Shown piece by piece: positions 16,372 through 27,132 of a stretch of 56,859 nucleotides of DNA (within the stretch, counting starts at the first letter, position 1; each line of letters opens with the position of its first letter). Under the pieces are notes generated by a model that had not been told where the DNA came from, did not search any database, and saw only the letters and a list, made by a program, of their open reading frames with translations. This stretch comes from an uncultured Gammaproteobacteria bacterium. Its GTDB lineage: Bacteria; Patescibacteriota; Patescibacteriia; UBA1544. The translations under genes were made by a program, and so were the position numbers. Location of the stretch: positions 1 through 56,859 of the forward strand of contig CAZZDA010000001.1 in assembly GCA_964652585.1 (NCBI GenBank), read 5' to 3'.

Positions 16372-19300
16372 CTACAATCCCTGTACTTCTACCGTTCCCG
16401 CGAACTCATCCCAACCACACATCGGAGGATCTCCAAGATCACCTACGCCGGTGCACCAGCCCCAATTGTCATGAATTTGAATCTTTGGCTTGAACGTACA
16501 GGTATTGCCTGCGCATGTCCCAGGCGGTAACTCCCCTTGATTCTGCTTATCCAAGATATCCCAATAGTTATAAAAGTGTTGGAATGTCTCCGGATTATCG
16601 GTATCCGCTTTTTGGAGCGATGAGAGCCCCGCAACAGTTGTGTACGTGCCATCACCCCAATTGATAATATAGGTTTTAATAGGCAGCTGTTGCGGATCAA
16701 TATCGGTATTAAAGCTTAGGGTAACATAACCGGAAACATTTATCCTTACCAGCGAATCAACTCCCATACCGGTATTATTATTTATCTTAAAGCTATATTC
16801 TTCACACACATCTTCTCCAGGTGCTACGCAATCACCGGGATCGTTACACTCATTCAATCCTATGCTGCACCTGCCTTGCCGTACTTGCGGACGCACCCCG
16901 CAATAGAGATTGACAAGATCAATCGCATTATGATCCGCAATAATGGTAGGAGGAATAAAAGGCGGTACAGGATTTGGTACTGCGCATTCAGCTATAGGAG
17001 GCGACCATTTAGGAATAGCCGGAAACAGCGCATCAACACTTCTATAGTGCTGGTCGTCGCAAATTCCGTCTTCGGTAACCGCACCCGCCGCATCCACCAC
17101 ATTACAACCCACATCTACGGTGCATGATAAACCTTCATTTCCCGGATTGACGCATATTCCCTCCCACGTCCACGCTCCATAACTCTTTACGAAAAGCTGC
17201 TGCAAACGCTGAACAGGAATAGTAAAGTCAAGCGGTGCGGGTGGTGGTGCGACATCGTCACAATTTTCATCACTGCAATCATACGGATTTCCCGCGCGTG
17301 TCTGATAGGGCGATGAAAAATCAGTTGTATTAGGCGGTACCACTTGCAAACGCTGCTTGCCTAACTCTTGCGATCCGTCCCATTCTTCCGGTCTATCAAT
17401 AGAAACGGATGGCGGTACTACCGAGCCAAATGGCGCGTAATCTGACGTATAATTAACAGGATTAATTATTGGGGCAGGGAGAGCGTCAAAATCACTTCTA
17501 AAATAATCGGCAAGTAGTGAGGGAGATGGCGGCGCAGCAGTAAACGCAAAGTTACTCCCTTGCTGCGTACGCGCGTTCCACGGCTTTCCTTCACCACTTA
17601 AGGTAACCACTTTTGACAGGGTATTGCACGTACCTATATTTGCATAAATATTAATTGTGTCCATTGTATTTATGCGATTGCCATCACCGCTTTTATCCCA
17701 AATAACCGTATACATAAATCCTCTAAAATATTCATCTACATTATCAAATACCGCCATAATATTCCAGTTATCTGCCATTGCATCGTCACTTCCTGAATTT
17801 TCTCCACCACCTACTGACCTTAAATACCCACTACAATCATATTGCTCAAACTTTTGCGTACCGTCTGGATTAGTAGTAGTATCTGCGAGTCCGTCTGGAT
17901 TCTGCAACCCGTATCCACTATCGAGACAACCAGTAACATTATTACACCTATCCTGATTACAATATGCCAAATCACGAAGACGCGTACTTAATGTTAGATC
18001 ATCATGTACAAGCGCTCCTCGGTGCTTATTAACAGTACTTATCTTACTCTCGCATACTTCATCCGCCGTTTCGCAATTTAAACCACCACCAACATGAAAG
18101 AAATACCAGTCAGGACAATCTCCCGCATCGTTCCAACCATCTGTCGAAGAACACCACGAATTTATACCACTTCGAGAAGTGTCGCCTACAAGATTTCCTT
18201 TCCAAGAATTACCTCCCGTATATTCAGTACCATTCCATCCACCATTATATGCACCACCAATCTCAATACGTGTTATTGTGCCTTGTTTTAAAAGCTCTCG
18301 TAAATATGAGTCTTCGGATATACCTAAATCGTCCAAAGATATATACCCTGTTTGTGAAGCTCCTCTTCTGCCATCATCAGCATCATTAAGATTAAACGTC
18401 TGCTCAAGCTGGAACACGTTCTCTTCTCGCGTCTCTCCATCCATACAATAATATAATGGCGCGCGGCCGGAGTAGCCCGCGTTAAAGGTGCCAATATCAC
18501 CTTGCACCACATCAACCGGCCACCACATTTGGCAGACATCGCTGTTTTTGGTATCCCATTGCAAGCAATAGCCCAAATCTCCTTTGTATCCTTTGCCTAC
18601 AACATCCCGATATGAGCAAGACGGCGCGTCCGCGGTAGGATAGAGTCGGCAGCTCGCGCCGGTTAAACGATCAACTTCTACAGCTGATTTAGGCGTTACC
18701 GCGTCCAACACGGGACGCAAGCGAATATTGTCCACAAAAATCGTACTCTCCGCTGTATTATTTTCTATAACAATGCTCGCGGAACCGGGGGGTATGGTAA
18801 TATCTACTATATGCGTATTCCATGTTTTCGAGCCCTTTAATTGAATGGACGTTGCCGACCCTGTTACCGAGATTTTTAACGTATTCGTTTCAAGTGCTTG
18901 GCTGGTGTCCGCATCCACCTGTAAATAATATTCGCCCTCAACCACGTCAATAGTGTCAGAGATTACCTCATCCAAACCGCTCACCTTTAGCACATTATTG
19001 CCGTCCGGCGCTTTGGTAAAACCATTTTTTTCAAAATCAAGCGGGTTATTTAAGACACGATAATTATCTCCACCGCTCCAGCCGTATGGCTTGTTATTGG
19101 TTTTATCAAATTCTTCAAAACTGCCATTGGACACGCGACCTGTGTTGCCTCGCTGCACCGCTTGATGCAATGGCACATAGCCCGCGACACTCTCGCCGCC
19201 GCCCCAGTTATATCCGGGCAAGCTATAACCTGTTAAGTCAGCGATGTCAGCAGGATTGTTGAGTTCATTTGACGGAGCACTTTCGCGCTGCACCACGCCC

Positions 19301-22300
19301 GTACACTTACCGTTTTCGTCCAGTTCATTACAAAGCCCTATGCCATAGCATTGATTTTCCACCACGCCTTGAGCGTTTTCAGATTGAGAAAGCGTTTCGC
19401 AATATAGCCACTCTCCGCATGAGCGGTCGGGACGGACTTTGACCAGCGTATTGGCTTCGCAGGCGGAAATAGCGCCAGGTTCGCATACAACCCAGCCCGT
19501 ACCTTCCTCCGGTTTGCCAGTATTGGAACTGAAATTATGGTCAGGGTCGTATTGCACTTGCGTAAGCGAGGCAGCTTTCGTTGCCTCATTTAACAACACA
19601 CAACCATTGTCAAAGTCTACTACGCCATTACAACTGGTTTTATCCAGCGTAGAGTTGACAAGATAATCAATATTCACCTTACGCAATTCTATATTATCAA
19701 AAATATGCCCTGTGCCAAGAGCCGGACTTCCTCCATGATCCGCCCCAAAACAAAGAGATGGATTTCCTCCTTGGCCCGAGTAAAATCTTCCGCTGAATCT
19801 TTGAAACTTATTTGATATGTAATCCCAATTAAACCAAGTGTTCACCTCATCCGCAGGTCCTGTGAGCCCCAAAACGGTTAATTCATCATTACTTAGCGCC
19901 ATAGATTGATCGGAAGATGTAAGGCCTGAAGGACATACGGCTGACTCCGTACACACACCAAGAGTGATGCCATACAAAGGATCGGGATTGTAATTGCATG
20001 CAGGAATATCACATCGCCCCGGAATAATTGGTGCGCCACCACCGGGATCAAAATTACATTCGCTATGCGCAAAGCAGTCAAATGTGTTGACAACGGATGG
20101 ATCGCTCGGAGGAGTACATTTTCCGTTGATGCCGCCATTCAATTGACAATCACTACTTGGTCCACAACGATCTACCGTTTCACCCGGGCGACCCGGTATC
20201 GTTTCTGCGTTTGCAGGATCTCCGCCATTATCCGTACAAACACCCCATTGACCAGTTCTTGCACTATCAATCATGATACGAGGACTATTTCCGTCAAGTC
20301 CATTTTTTACAAAAGCAGAAACCTCATACATCGTATTCGGCTCCAGTATAATTCCCTGACATATATTTCCACCTCCGGATATTTCCGCATTTACTCCAAA
20401 AGAGCTTTGGATGCCGGAACCACTAGTATAGCCAAGTAGCGCACTTCCACCGTCAACCCACCCGTCCGGTACACCATCGCCATTCGCGTCCTGTTCAAAA
20501 TCGCCGTTAAAGAGAGTATTGGGATTGAACAAGCTCATAGGATCCATATACTGCGTACAACCGGACTCGTCTGCCGGACAAAACCCCGCCCAACCGCCTG
20601 CCGGTTGTTGTATGGTTTGGCCGTTGTACCCCATACGCGAGGTTATTGGACAATCGGGAGCACCCGCGACCGATCCGCGCTTAAACCATCCGCTTTGTCC
20701 GCCAATACCGTCTTTCCATTCGCAGGTGTGCAGCTTAGGATCCTTAAAATACGATAAGCCACCTTCGTAAAAATATTCCTCGCACCACAACTCCTCTGCC
20801 ACGCAAAGCGCGGTAGGGTAGGTATCCGGATCATCACGCAAGTATGTTGCTTCAAAACCGGTTAAGATATTTTCCAAATCAAATTGCGGCAGTCCGAGCA
20901 GTCGGCACGCTTGCCCTTCCGGATTGCAATACTTATTCGGATCATTAATGACATACACAATGTTATCAGCCGATACATTAACGTCATCTATAGTTGGTAC
21001 ATTGGTCGTGTTAAAGTTTTCCGCGAATGGATTGTCAGAATTATGCGTGTCAATCATTGCTTCACAGCCTATCGCTTCTTCGCGGCACAAATTACTAAAA
21101 CTCTTCAAGTTATGCGCAGCACCCCGCGTATCCGTATATGCCTCGCACCCCAGCGCGTATTGCGGCCAAGGGTCGCCCGCGGGCGTGGCATCACAGCTCG
21201 ACGGCGTATTCCATGATCCCGCTATCATATAAATATTTTCCTTTACTTCAGTGAGGCGTACATTGTCTATGAAGAATGGCAGACCAAGATTAGTTGCGGC
21301 GTCAGTGGTAAAATTAAGCGTTTCTTGCGGATCAATAGCCCAATTGACCGGTATTGGACCAAGTGTGTATTGCCGCCAGTCTTGGATTAAGTGTATAAGC
21401 GGCGGACGGGTGGTAATATCCGTGTCAGCAAAATATTGACCGGCGGCGAGCGCGGCACCGGAAAAATTGACGGTCATATCTCCCGTACCTTTCGCCCAGA
21501 ACGAGAGTTTATACGCTTTGTCTTGCTGTATCGCCTCACCCGCACGGGTGTCCAGCGCTTGGATGGCGTTGGAGAAAAGGGTTTGATTGATACGACGATT
21601 AAGGGGGTAGATATGCGGCTGGTGATGATACCAGCGCCCTTTTCCTGATTCTGCTAAATAAAGTGCTTCAGGATATCGTTCGCCAGGTTGGCGCTCCTCT
21701 GCAATTACAACTGCTGCCGGATGTACTTCTTCTATGCGATATCTATTATCTGCAAAACTTCCAGAGCTTGTCTTCCATCCACGGGCGATAAAATGATTGT
21801 TAGTGCTATAAATGACCGGCTCATCTGCTATAAGTATGTTTCCAGAAACAATAGGTAAAATATCTGCGGCGGTCGTGTCATTTCCTTGAGTAAACATGCT
21901 ATAGCCCACATTATAGAGCTGCTCAAGAAGAGGACCTTGCGTGATAGGCCATGCGTCTTTGATAGCCAGTACAATATCAGGTTGATACCCTGTTATCGTG
22001 GTATAATCCACAACGCCGCCACCTTCTACAAAGTCAATAAGTCCATTATCATCATCGTCAACTGAAAGATCAATAACTTGATATCCTAAATTGCCAAACA
22101 ACTCCTCCCAATAAGGTAAATGTATAGTATCCCATTGATTCGGACTGCCTATTCCTGTCCAATTAGTGTCAGGACCTTCAATAATCAACGCCAGTTTGCT
22201 TACCGACCTGCGAGTATTAGTAGTGCCGCCTGCATCTTGAACTTTTTGCGAATGACCGCCAAGATTAGTGGATTCGCTGGACACCGCGATATCCGACCCC

Positions 22301-25300
22301 GCGTATTGGCGAATATCACTCTCATTTTCAAAGGTATCAGTAAAGAGCGTACGCGTATTGCGCGCGGCGTTCCCTGAATATTCGCGGCAGTTTTTTGCGC
22401 GCTCAGAGCACGTCTCACCTTGCCCGGGAACCGCGTGGTAGATACAACTGCCTGTTCCTATGGGACCGCATACACCATCACCTGATCCGACAGATGTATC
22501 GCAATCACTATCAATATTACATCCAAGCCCCACTGTGCCCGCTTCACACAACTGATCACGCCATTCGCCGCCTGTTGTTGTACAATTTATATCTTGTGTC
22601 GCGTTGTCTAAAACCGCACTGCGTGTCATCCTATACGGATGGCAGTCGGTGGTACAAGAAAACGTCGTGTCAAAAAATTTATAACGCGCATTACCACCGT
22701 CGTCAAAAAATTCGCGACAATTAGGGTCTGCTAATGCATCTCCCTCACTGTTACAACCCGTAAGAGGACCGCCGGTACCAACAGGATCAAAGCCGCCAAG
22801 CACTGCAACAGATTTTAATTCTTCGCTTATCAGTTGATACCCTGTTTCGTCCGATCCTATCCAGCTAAAGAATGTTTCGCACGTCTCGCCCAGCGCGGAA
22901 TCAAGTTGCGCCGGATTTGCCTGCCCAAATTCATCCACCAAAACGCATTGGCGCAGTTTTGTAAAATATTCTATGGCCTCAGGCGCGTACTCTACGTCGC
23001 CATCCGCGTTTACCGCGGCAAGCCTATCTAAATTGGTAAACTCTGTACACCCCGCCTCTTTCGCGCTGCATTTGTCACCCGTTGCCGGAATAAAGAAGAG
23101 TGGGAAAACAGGGTCTTGTTCAAAATAGCTCACTTCTTGCTGGAACGTGTCATACCCCACGCATTCAGCGGAACACGTGTCATTCTCACCAACAACGCCC
23201 GGCACGGTTGGACCGCCGCTTTTTGGCGTATATCCTTGACAGCCGACTTCATCTTCAAAGCATGAAAGCGCGTAATTGCCACACGCAACTTTGTCAATTT
23301 GTCGGCACTCGCTTGCAATACCATCCTCAAACCAAAACTGCCCGTCTTCTGTGCAATCCGCTTCTGATACCCCACCTATTGCAGGTCCCGGATTATTCGA
23401 CGTAAACCCTTGGCAGTTTAAGTAGTCGGGTGCCACTTTTTCATGGATGACATTTTTTGTGCCATAGTCGCTGTACGCGGTTGTGGTGTCGCCAATTTCA
23501 AATTGGACCGCGTCAACCCACATTTGCGCGCCGGCACTGCGGATACCGCGCACCATTACACTTACTCTAATTAAGGACGATATTAATTGAGGTGGCATGT
23601 TTGCCACCACGCTTTGTCTTTGAAAATCTGTGTTTGTCATACCATCTCTACCGCGCGTTCCTTTACTGAAATAGTCAAAGTAACACTCTCCTGTTCCACC
23701 AGCCCAAACATAACCAAGAGCACCACAGCTTGCCGCATTAAAACCTGAAAAATTTGTTCTAATTCCAATTTGCCAAGAATCTTCCCCCGCAACGATAGTG
23801 CCACCTATTTTCCCGTAACCGCTAAGTGTATAAATGTGTTCTGTAGGAGTAATAAATATATCACTTCCGGGAATATATGAATTTGAAAGACCTAAATCAC
23901 CAATCTTCCCGTCCGGGAGTAGTAGATCAGGATTAATTATTTCTATCATTTGACTTTTTCCACCACTTACCGATGTTGTGGTATCAATTGTATGGTCACC
24001 TAATCCCCCAGCAGGAGTTGCTCCACCAAACCCTACACCCCATCCATCCGCTAATCCATCGCTATTACTATCAGTTTCAAAACTCGGTTGTTTAATAAGA
24101 TTCGTTCCTTTTGTAATGCGTATCAACTCACTGCAGCCGACATCATCCTCGTCACACTCTTGCGCGTCGCGGTCAAGGTAGCGGCGCTGGTCGGTCGCGC
24201 TGTCCGTGCAGGTAAACTCACCTGTTGCAATATCAATATCCGTGCAATACCACGCGCACCCCGCGTTATCAATGGAACAGTCGGTAAAGGTGAGCGTGTC
24301 TTGCAGATAGCTTACGTCGTTGCCGTTTTTATCTTCAAAGGTTTGGCAGGTTTGATTGCGCGGCTCGCAAATTTGCGAATCCACGCCATAGTCCCAACCT
24401 CTGCGTTCTTCGGTGCAGTAACCATAAAATTCACAGGTGCCGTCCTGCCTTTCTTTAATGCACGAGCGCTCATCCGCGCAATAATTGGCATCGCGTCCGA
24501 TAACTCGCGTTGGCGGGGTGTCATCCGGGTCGTCAAAGTCGCCGTCTTGGTTTTGGTCAACACCTGTCACCACTCTCTCGGAAAGAATGACCGGCCCGGA
24601 ACCTTTCTTACCACAATACGCTTCCGGCGCTTTCAGTACCCAATTAGGATCTATCATGCCGCGAAACGGACTGGCACTATTTTCAAAATTATTGATCAGC
24701 TGACGCAAATTTTGTTGTTCGTGGCCAATGTCTTTAATATACAGCGCCGCCAATTCCCAACCCACGGGAATAATGCGATGCTTGCGCAACACAATAAGCG
24801 AACGGTACGGATACCCTTCTTTATAATTTGGCTCAAATCCGTCCGCGCTAAAACCAAGGGTAATACTATCGTCCAACAATCCTTCATCTATCGCTTCTTT
24901 GATTGTGAACTCTCTCTCTATAGCTTCGCGAAAGCTCTCGGTGATAATACAATCATTCGGTCCCGGATTTTCCTCGTCTCGGCATACGGTTAATTCACGT
25001 AAAAGCTCGTACGGACCGCCGGCTTTTGTTTGTGATTTTCCCAGTTTTGCAAAACGAATTTCGGCTCCTTTAATACCGCCGCCAAAAGATGATGATGATG
25101 GGTTGTAAAGACCTGCAGTAGCACCGCTACTAGATCCGCTGCTGCCGCTTCCTTGCAAAGAAGCAATGCCTTTCTTAAACCATTGCTCCAATAAATTTCC
25201 AGCGAGTGATTGCGCAAAGATATCAACAGCATCTGCTACAATACTTCCTGTTGTAGTTTTTTCCGCTCCAGTACTATCTTTTATTGTCCCACCGAACAAC

Positions 25301-26340
25301 TCAACCACAAATTTTCCCGGTGTGACAACTGATCCAGTTATAATATCTGTCACGGGACTAACACCACTTGACTCTAATCTTCCAAGTTCTTTGAGTTTTT
25401 TTTCAAGTTCTTTGTCTGTCAAGACATTAGTATGTACTGTCAGCGCGATGCCTAGATCATTTTCCCATGGATTAAAGTTTGCCTGAAATTTATTGAGAAA
25501 ATTAGGATCATTAATTTCATCTTCCCAATTGTCAATAATTTTAGAGAGCGTACAACGCGGCGAAGAGAAAGTACTGCCCTTCTGCAATCCGGCAGTAATA
25601 CGCATTTGTACTTGTAAATCTGGTTTGCAAATATTTTGAAGTATAGATCCTGCTTGACGTTTCACTACCGCTTTTTTAATATCTTTGATAACATTAAGCA
25701 TTGCACCTTCCCGTCCCTTCAACAGTATCAGTTCATTGACACATTGTTCGCTTTGCTCGCCAAAAACATCACCTCCAAATGTCTGATAATCCTCTAATGA
25801 CGCATTACACTCTTTTTCTTTTAATTTTATCTTGTCTTGTAAATCCACTAATTGTTTTTTACTATCTTCCGGTATTGTTCCTTCATGTTCAGACTCCGCT
25901 TTACTCCATTCAGTGGCAAGTGTTTCTATATAAATACCCGCAGCGGCATCTCCCGCATTTTTTAAATATTCACCCCACCCTTCGGTTATAAACATCGGTT
26001 GCTGCCCCTTGCTACCAGAGCCAAGCCACGTACCCGTATCATATGCCACCTTATTTAAAAAATTTTTCAGTGCAGCTTTATAAGCGATTGCCCATGCTTC
26101 GTCTTCTGCATCTCTAACATATTCAAGCACAACTTTCGACTCTTGAACTACAAAGTCTGCGGCTTGCGCAAGTTTATCAAGGATAAATTTACCTACTCTT
26201 TGTGGAACCGCTAAAAAATCTTCTACTGGAATAGCATGTACAACAGGCGGGCGCACAAAAAGCATCATGCTGAAAAACAGCATTATAAATAATAATCGTA
26301 CTTTTATATTTTTTTTACTCTTGTTGTGAACTCTTGACAT
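16372..26340 (-). CDS. giant Cys-rich secreted/surface protein (about 3322 aa) with four CBM_4_9-like modules and a C-terminal PKD-like domain
   Basis: Uninterrupted 10-kb ORF starting at ATG 26340 with signal/TM LLFIMLFFSMMLFVRPPVVHA. Modules begin with FETDSNSDGLADGW, FTDTFENESD, FNGDFEQDANGDGVPDGW and SNGSFEEFDKTNNKPYGW. They end in VDAVQFEIG, IDNVRLTEV, FDNIELRKV and VDNIRLRPV. The C-terminus has INWGDGTYT..HFYNY. Confidence 0.85.
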   Translation of the reverse strand: MSRVHNKSKKNIKVRLLFIMLFFSMMLFVRPPVVHAIPVEDFLAVPQRVGKFILDKLAQAADFVVQESKVVLEYVRDAEDEAWAIAYKAALKNFLNKVAYDTGTWLGSGSKGQQPMFITEGWGEYLKNAGDAAAGIYIETLATEWSKAESEHEGTIPEDSKKQLVDLQDKIKLKEKECNASLEDYQTFGGDVFGEQSEQCVNELILLKGREGAMLNVIKDIKKAVVKRQAGSILQNICKPDLQVQMRITAGLQKGSTFSSPRCTLSKIIDNWEDEINDPNFLNKFQANFNPWENDLGIALTVHTNVLTDKELEKKLKELGRLESSGVSPVTDIITGSVVTPGKFVVELFGGTIKDSTGAEKTTTGSIVADAVDIFAQSLAGNLLEQWFKKGIASLQGSGSSGSSSGATAGLYNPSSSSFGGGIKGAEIRFAKLGKSQTKAGGPYELLRELTVCRDEENPGPNDCIITESFREAIEREFTIKEAIDEGLLDDSITLGFSADGFEPNYKEGYPYRSLIVLRKHRIIPVGWELAALYIKDIGHEQQNLRQLINNFENSASPFRGMIDPNWVLKAPEAYCGKKGSGPVILSERVVTGVDQNQDGDFDDPDDTPPTRVIGRDANYCADERSCIKERQDGTCEFYGYCTEERRGWDYGVDSQICEPRNQTCQTFEDKNGNDVSYLQDTLTFTDCSIDNAGCAWYCTDIDIATGEFTCTDSATDQRRYLDRDAQECDEDDVGCSELIRITKGTNLIKQPSFETDSNSDGLADGWGVGFGGATPAGGLGDHTIDTTTSVSGGKSQMIEIINPDLLLPDGKIGDLGLSNSYIPGSDIFITPTEHIYTLSGYGKIGGTIVAGEDSWQIGIRTNFSGFNAASCGALGYVWAGGTGECYFDYFSKGTRGRDGMTNTDFQRQSVVANMPPQLISSLIRVSVMVRGIRSAGAQMWVDAVQFEIGDTTTAYSDYGTKNVIHEKVAPDYLNCQGFTSNNPGPAIGGVSEADCTEDGQFWFEDGIASECRQIDKVACGNYALSCFEDEVGCQGYTPKSGGPTVPGVVGENDTCSAECVGYDTFQQEVSYFEQDPVFPLFFIPATGDKCSAKEAGCTEFTNLDRLAAVNADGDVEYAPEAIEYFTKLRQCVLVDEFGQANPAQLDSALGETCETFFSWIGSDETGYQLISEELKSVAVLGGFDPVGTGGPLTGCNSEGDALADPNCREFFDDGGNARYKFFDTTFSCTTDCHPYRMTRSAVLDNATQDINCTTTGGEWRDQLCEAGTVGLGCNIDSDCDTSVGSGDGVCGPIGTGSCIYHAVPGQGETCSERAKNCREYSGNAARNTRTLFTDTFENESDIRQYAGSDIAVSSESTNLGGHSQKVQDAGGTTNTRRSVSKLALIIEGPDTNWTGIGSPNQWDTIHLPYWEELFGNLGYQVIDLSVDDDDNGLIDFVEGGGVVDYTTITGYQPDIVLAIKDAWPITQGPLLEQLYNVGYSMFTQGNDTTAADILPIVSGNILIADEPVIYSTNNHFIARGWKTSSGSFADNRYRIEEVHPAAVVIAEERQPGERYPEALYLAESGKGRWYHHQPHIYPLNRRINQTLFSNAIQALDTRAGEAIQQDKAYKLSFWAKGTGDMTVNFSGAALAAGQYFADTDITTRPPLIHLIQDWRQYTLGPIPVNWAIDPQETLNFTTDAATNLGLPFFIDNVRLTEVKENIYMIAGSWNTPSSCDATPAGDPWPQYALGCEAYTDTRGAAHNLKSFSNLCREEAIGCEAMIDTHNSDNPFAENFNTTNVPTIDDVNVSADNIVYVINDPNKYCNPEGQACRLLGLPQFDLENILTGFEATYLRDDPDTYPTALCVAEELWCEEYFYEGGLSYFKDPKLHTCEWKDGIGGQSGWFKRGSVAGAPDCPITSRMGYNGQTIQQPAGGWAGFCPADESGCTQYMDPMSLFNPNTLFNGDFEQDANGDGVPDGWVDGGSALLGYTSGSGIQSSFGVNAEISGGGNICQGIILEPNTMYEVSAFVKNGLDGNSPRIMIDSARTGQWGVCTDNGGDPANAETIPGRPGETVDRCGPSSDCQLNGGINGKCTPPSDPSVVNTFDCFAHSECNFDPGGGAPIIPGRCDIPACNYNPDPLYGITLGVCTESAVCPSGLTSSDQSMALSNDELTVLGLTGPADEVNTWFNWDYISNKFQRFSGRFYSGQGGNPSLCFGADHGGSPALGTGHIFDNIELRKVNIDYLVNSTLDKTSCNGVVDFDNGCVLLNEATKAASLTQVQYDPDHNFSSNTGKPEEGTGWVVCEPGAISACEANTLVKVRPDRSCGEWLYCETLSQSENAQGVVENQCYGIGLCNELDENGKCTGVVQRESAPSNELNNPADIADLTGYSLPGYNWGGGESVAGYVPLHQAVQRGNTGRVSNGSFEEFDKTNNKPYGWSGGDNYRVLNNPLDFEKNGFTKAPDGNNVLKVSGLDEVISDTIDVVEGEYYLQVDADTSQALETNTLKISVTGSATSIQLKGSKTWNTHIVDITIPPGSASIVIENNTAESTIFVDNIRLRPVLDAVTPKSAVEVDRLTGASCRLYPTADAPSCSYRDVVGKGYKGDLGYCLQWDTKNSDVCQMWWPVDVVQGDIGTFNAGYSGRAPLYYCMDGETREENVFQLEQTFNLNDADDGRRGASQTGYISLDDLGISEDSYLRELLKQGTITRIEIGGAYNGGWNGTEYTGGNSWKGNLVGDTSRSGINSWCSSTDGWNDAGDCPDWYFFHVGGGLNCETADEVCESKISTVNKHRGALVHDDLTLSTRLRDLAYCNQDRCNNVTGCLDSGYGLQNPDGLADTTTNPDGTQKFEQYDCSGYLRSVGGGENSGSDDAMADNWNIMAVFDNVDEYFRGFMYTVIWDKSGDGNRINTMDTINIYANIGTCNTLSKVVTLSGEGKPWNARTQQGSNFAFTAAPPSPSLLADYFRSDFDALPAPIINPVNYTSDYAPFGSVVPPSVSIDRPEEWDGSQELGKQRLQVVPPNTTDFSSPYQTRAGNPYDCSDENCDDVAPPPAPLDFTIPVQRLQQLFVKSYGAWTWEGICVNPGNEGLSCTVDVGCNVVDAAGAVTEDGICDDQHYRSVDALFPAIPKWSPPIAECAVPNPVPPFIPPTIIADHNAIDLVNLYCGVRPQVRQGRCSIGLNECNDPGDCVAPGEDVCEEYSFKINNNTGMGVDSLVRINVSGYVTLSFNTDIDPQQLPIKTYIINWGDGTYTTVAGLSSLQKADTDNPETFQHFYNYWDILDKQNQGELPPGTCAGNTCTFKPKIQIHDNWGWCTGVGDLGDPPMCGWDEFAGTVEVQGL

Positions 26341-26416
26341 GAAAGAAAATATATAGTATTCTGTTGTCACTTAGGAGTTTTTGTTCCTCACAACCCACAA
26401 TACAAAGGAGAAGCTC

Positions 26417-26776
26417 ATGTTTACTCGTATCGTTGTTTCATTGCTCTTTGTTGCGGGAATTTTTCTCAATTTTACCGGATGCACAAGTGTCGCACACATG
26501 GCGCTCACCGCAGCGGCAAAAAGCATTGACGAGTCTGCGAAAAACAGACCTCCTGCGAAAACCTATTCTCTTGACCCTGGTGATCTCTACCCCGATGCCA
26601 TCGCCACCATTCAACATATTGATCCAAAGGCGAAAGTCAATGTGACTGACGGCAATGGAGATGTGGTTTCCAAAGTGCGGATTCGCGGAAAAAACAGAGT
26701 GGTTCGTTCGGAGTTCCGGGACAACAAGTTGTACCGCATCATTGATGCAAAAACCGGAGAAGTCTACGACGAGTAG
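26417..26776 (+). CDS. small lipoprotein (119 aa)
   Basis: AAGGAG lies 7 nt upstream of the ATG. Signal peptide with lipobox LNFTGC. Confidence 0.65.
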   Translation: MFTRIVVSLLFVAGIFLNFTGCTSVAHMALTAAAKSIDESAKNRPPAKTYSLDPGDLYPDAIATIQHIDPKAKVNVTDGNGDVVSKVRIRGKNRVVRSEFRDNKLYRIIDAKTGEVYDE

Positions 26777-26910
26777 ACATAGCGCCATCGCTCTTCTCGC
26801 CTCACTCACATTGTGGGGCTCTTTTTTTATTCTAAAAAGTGCAAGTTGCTTTTTTGTTTTCTGTTACTTCGACTGGGGTGAAACGGAGAAATCTCTTCTT
26901 TGGTTGTAGA

Positions 26911-27124
26911 GGGATTCCTCCGCTCGTCTTCGCCTCGGTCGGAATGACAGAATGGGAAAGCTCATTCAGAATGACAAAGTGTGTATGGATTCCCGATCAG
27001 GTCGGGAATGACATGTTTTTTTAATGTTTCAATGTTGCGATTCTTTCTCTTGTCATTCCCGATTTAGTCGGGAATCTAGAATCTTTTTTCTATTGTATGG
27101 ATTCCCGCCTGCGCGGGAATGACA
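26911..27124. repeat. cluster of four family-2 hairpin units in a convergent intergenic region
   Basis: Units at 26911..26949, 26987..27013, 27051..27076 (inverted) and 27099..27124. Each is GGATTCC..(hairpin)..GGAATGACA. Confidence 0.85.
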
Positions 27125-27132
27125 TTAAGATA

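Noticed and set aside
16372-26370. Numerous plus-strand and out-of-frame ORFs of 60-300 aa inside the giant gene, for example 24088..24993 (301 aa).
   Set aside because: They are shadow ORFs antisense to or overlapping a 10-kb intact reading frame. They have skewed, low-complexity or Arg/Ile-rich composition and no start-site signals.
26911-27124. Repeated units of about 27-39 nt separated by 30-40 nt spacers, which at first resembled a short CRISPR array.
   Set aside because: The units are in mixed orientation. Each is an internal hairpin with variable centres, and the spacing is irregular. The same unit also occurs singly elsewhere, including inside genes. No cas genes are present. This fits a REP-like element cluster, not a CRISPR array.
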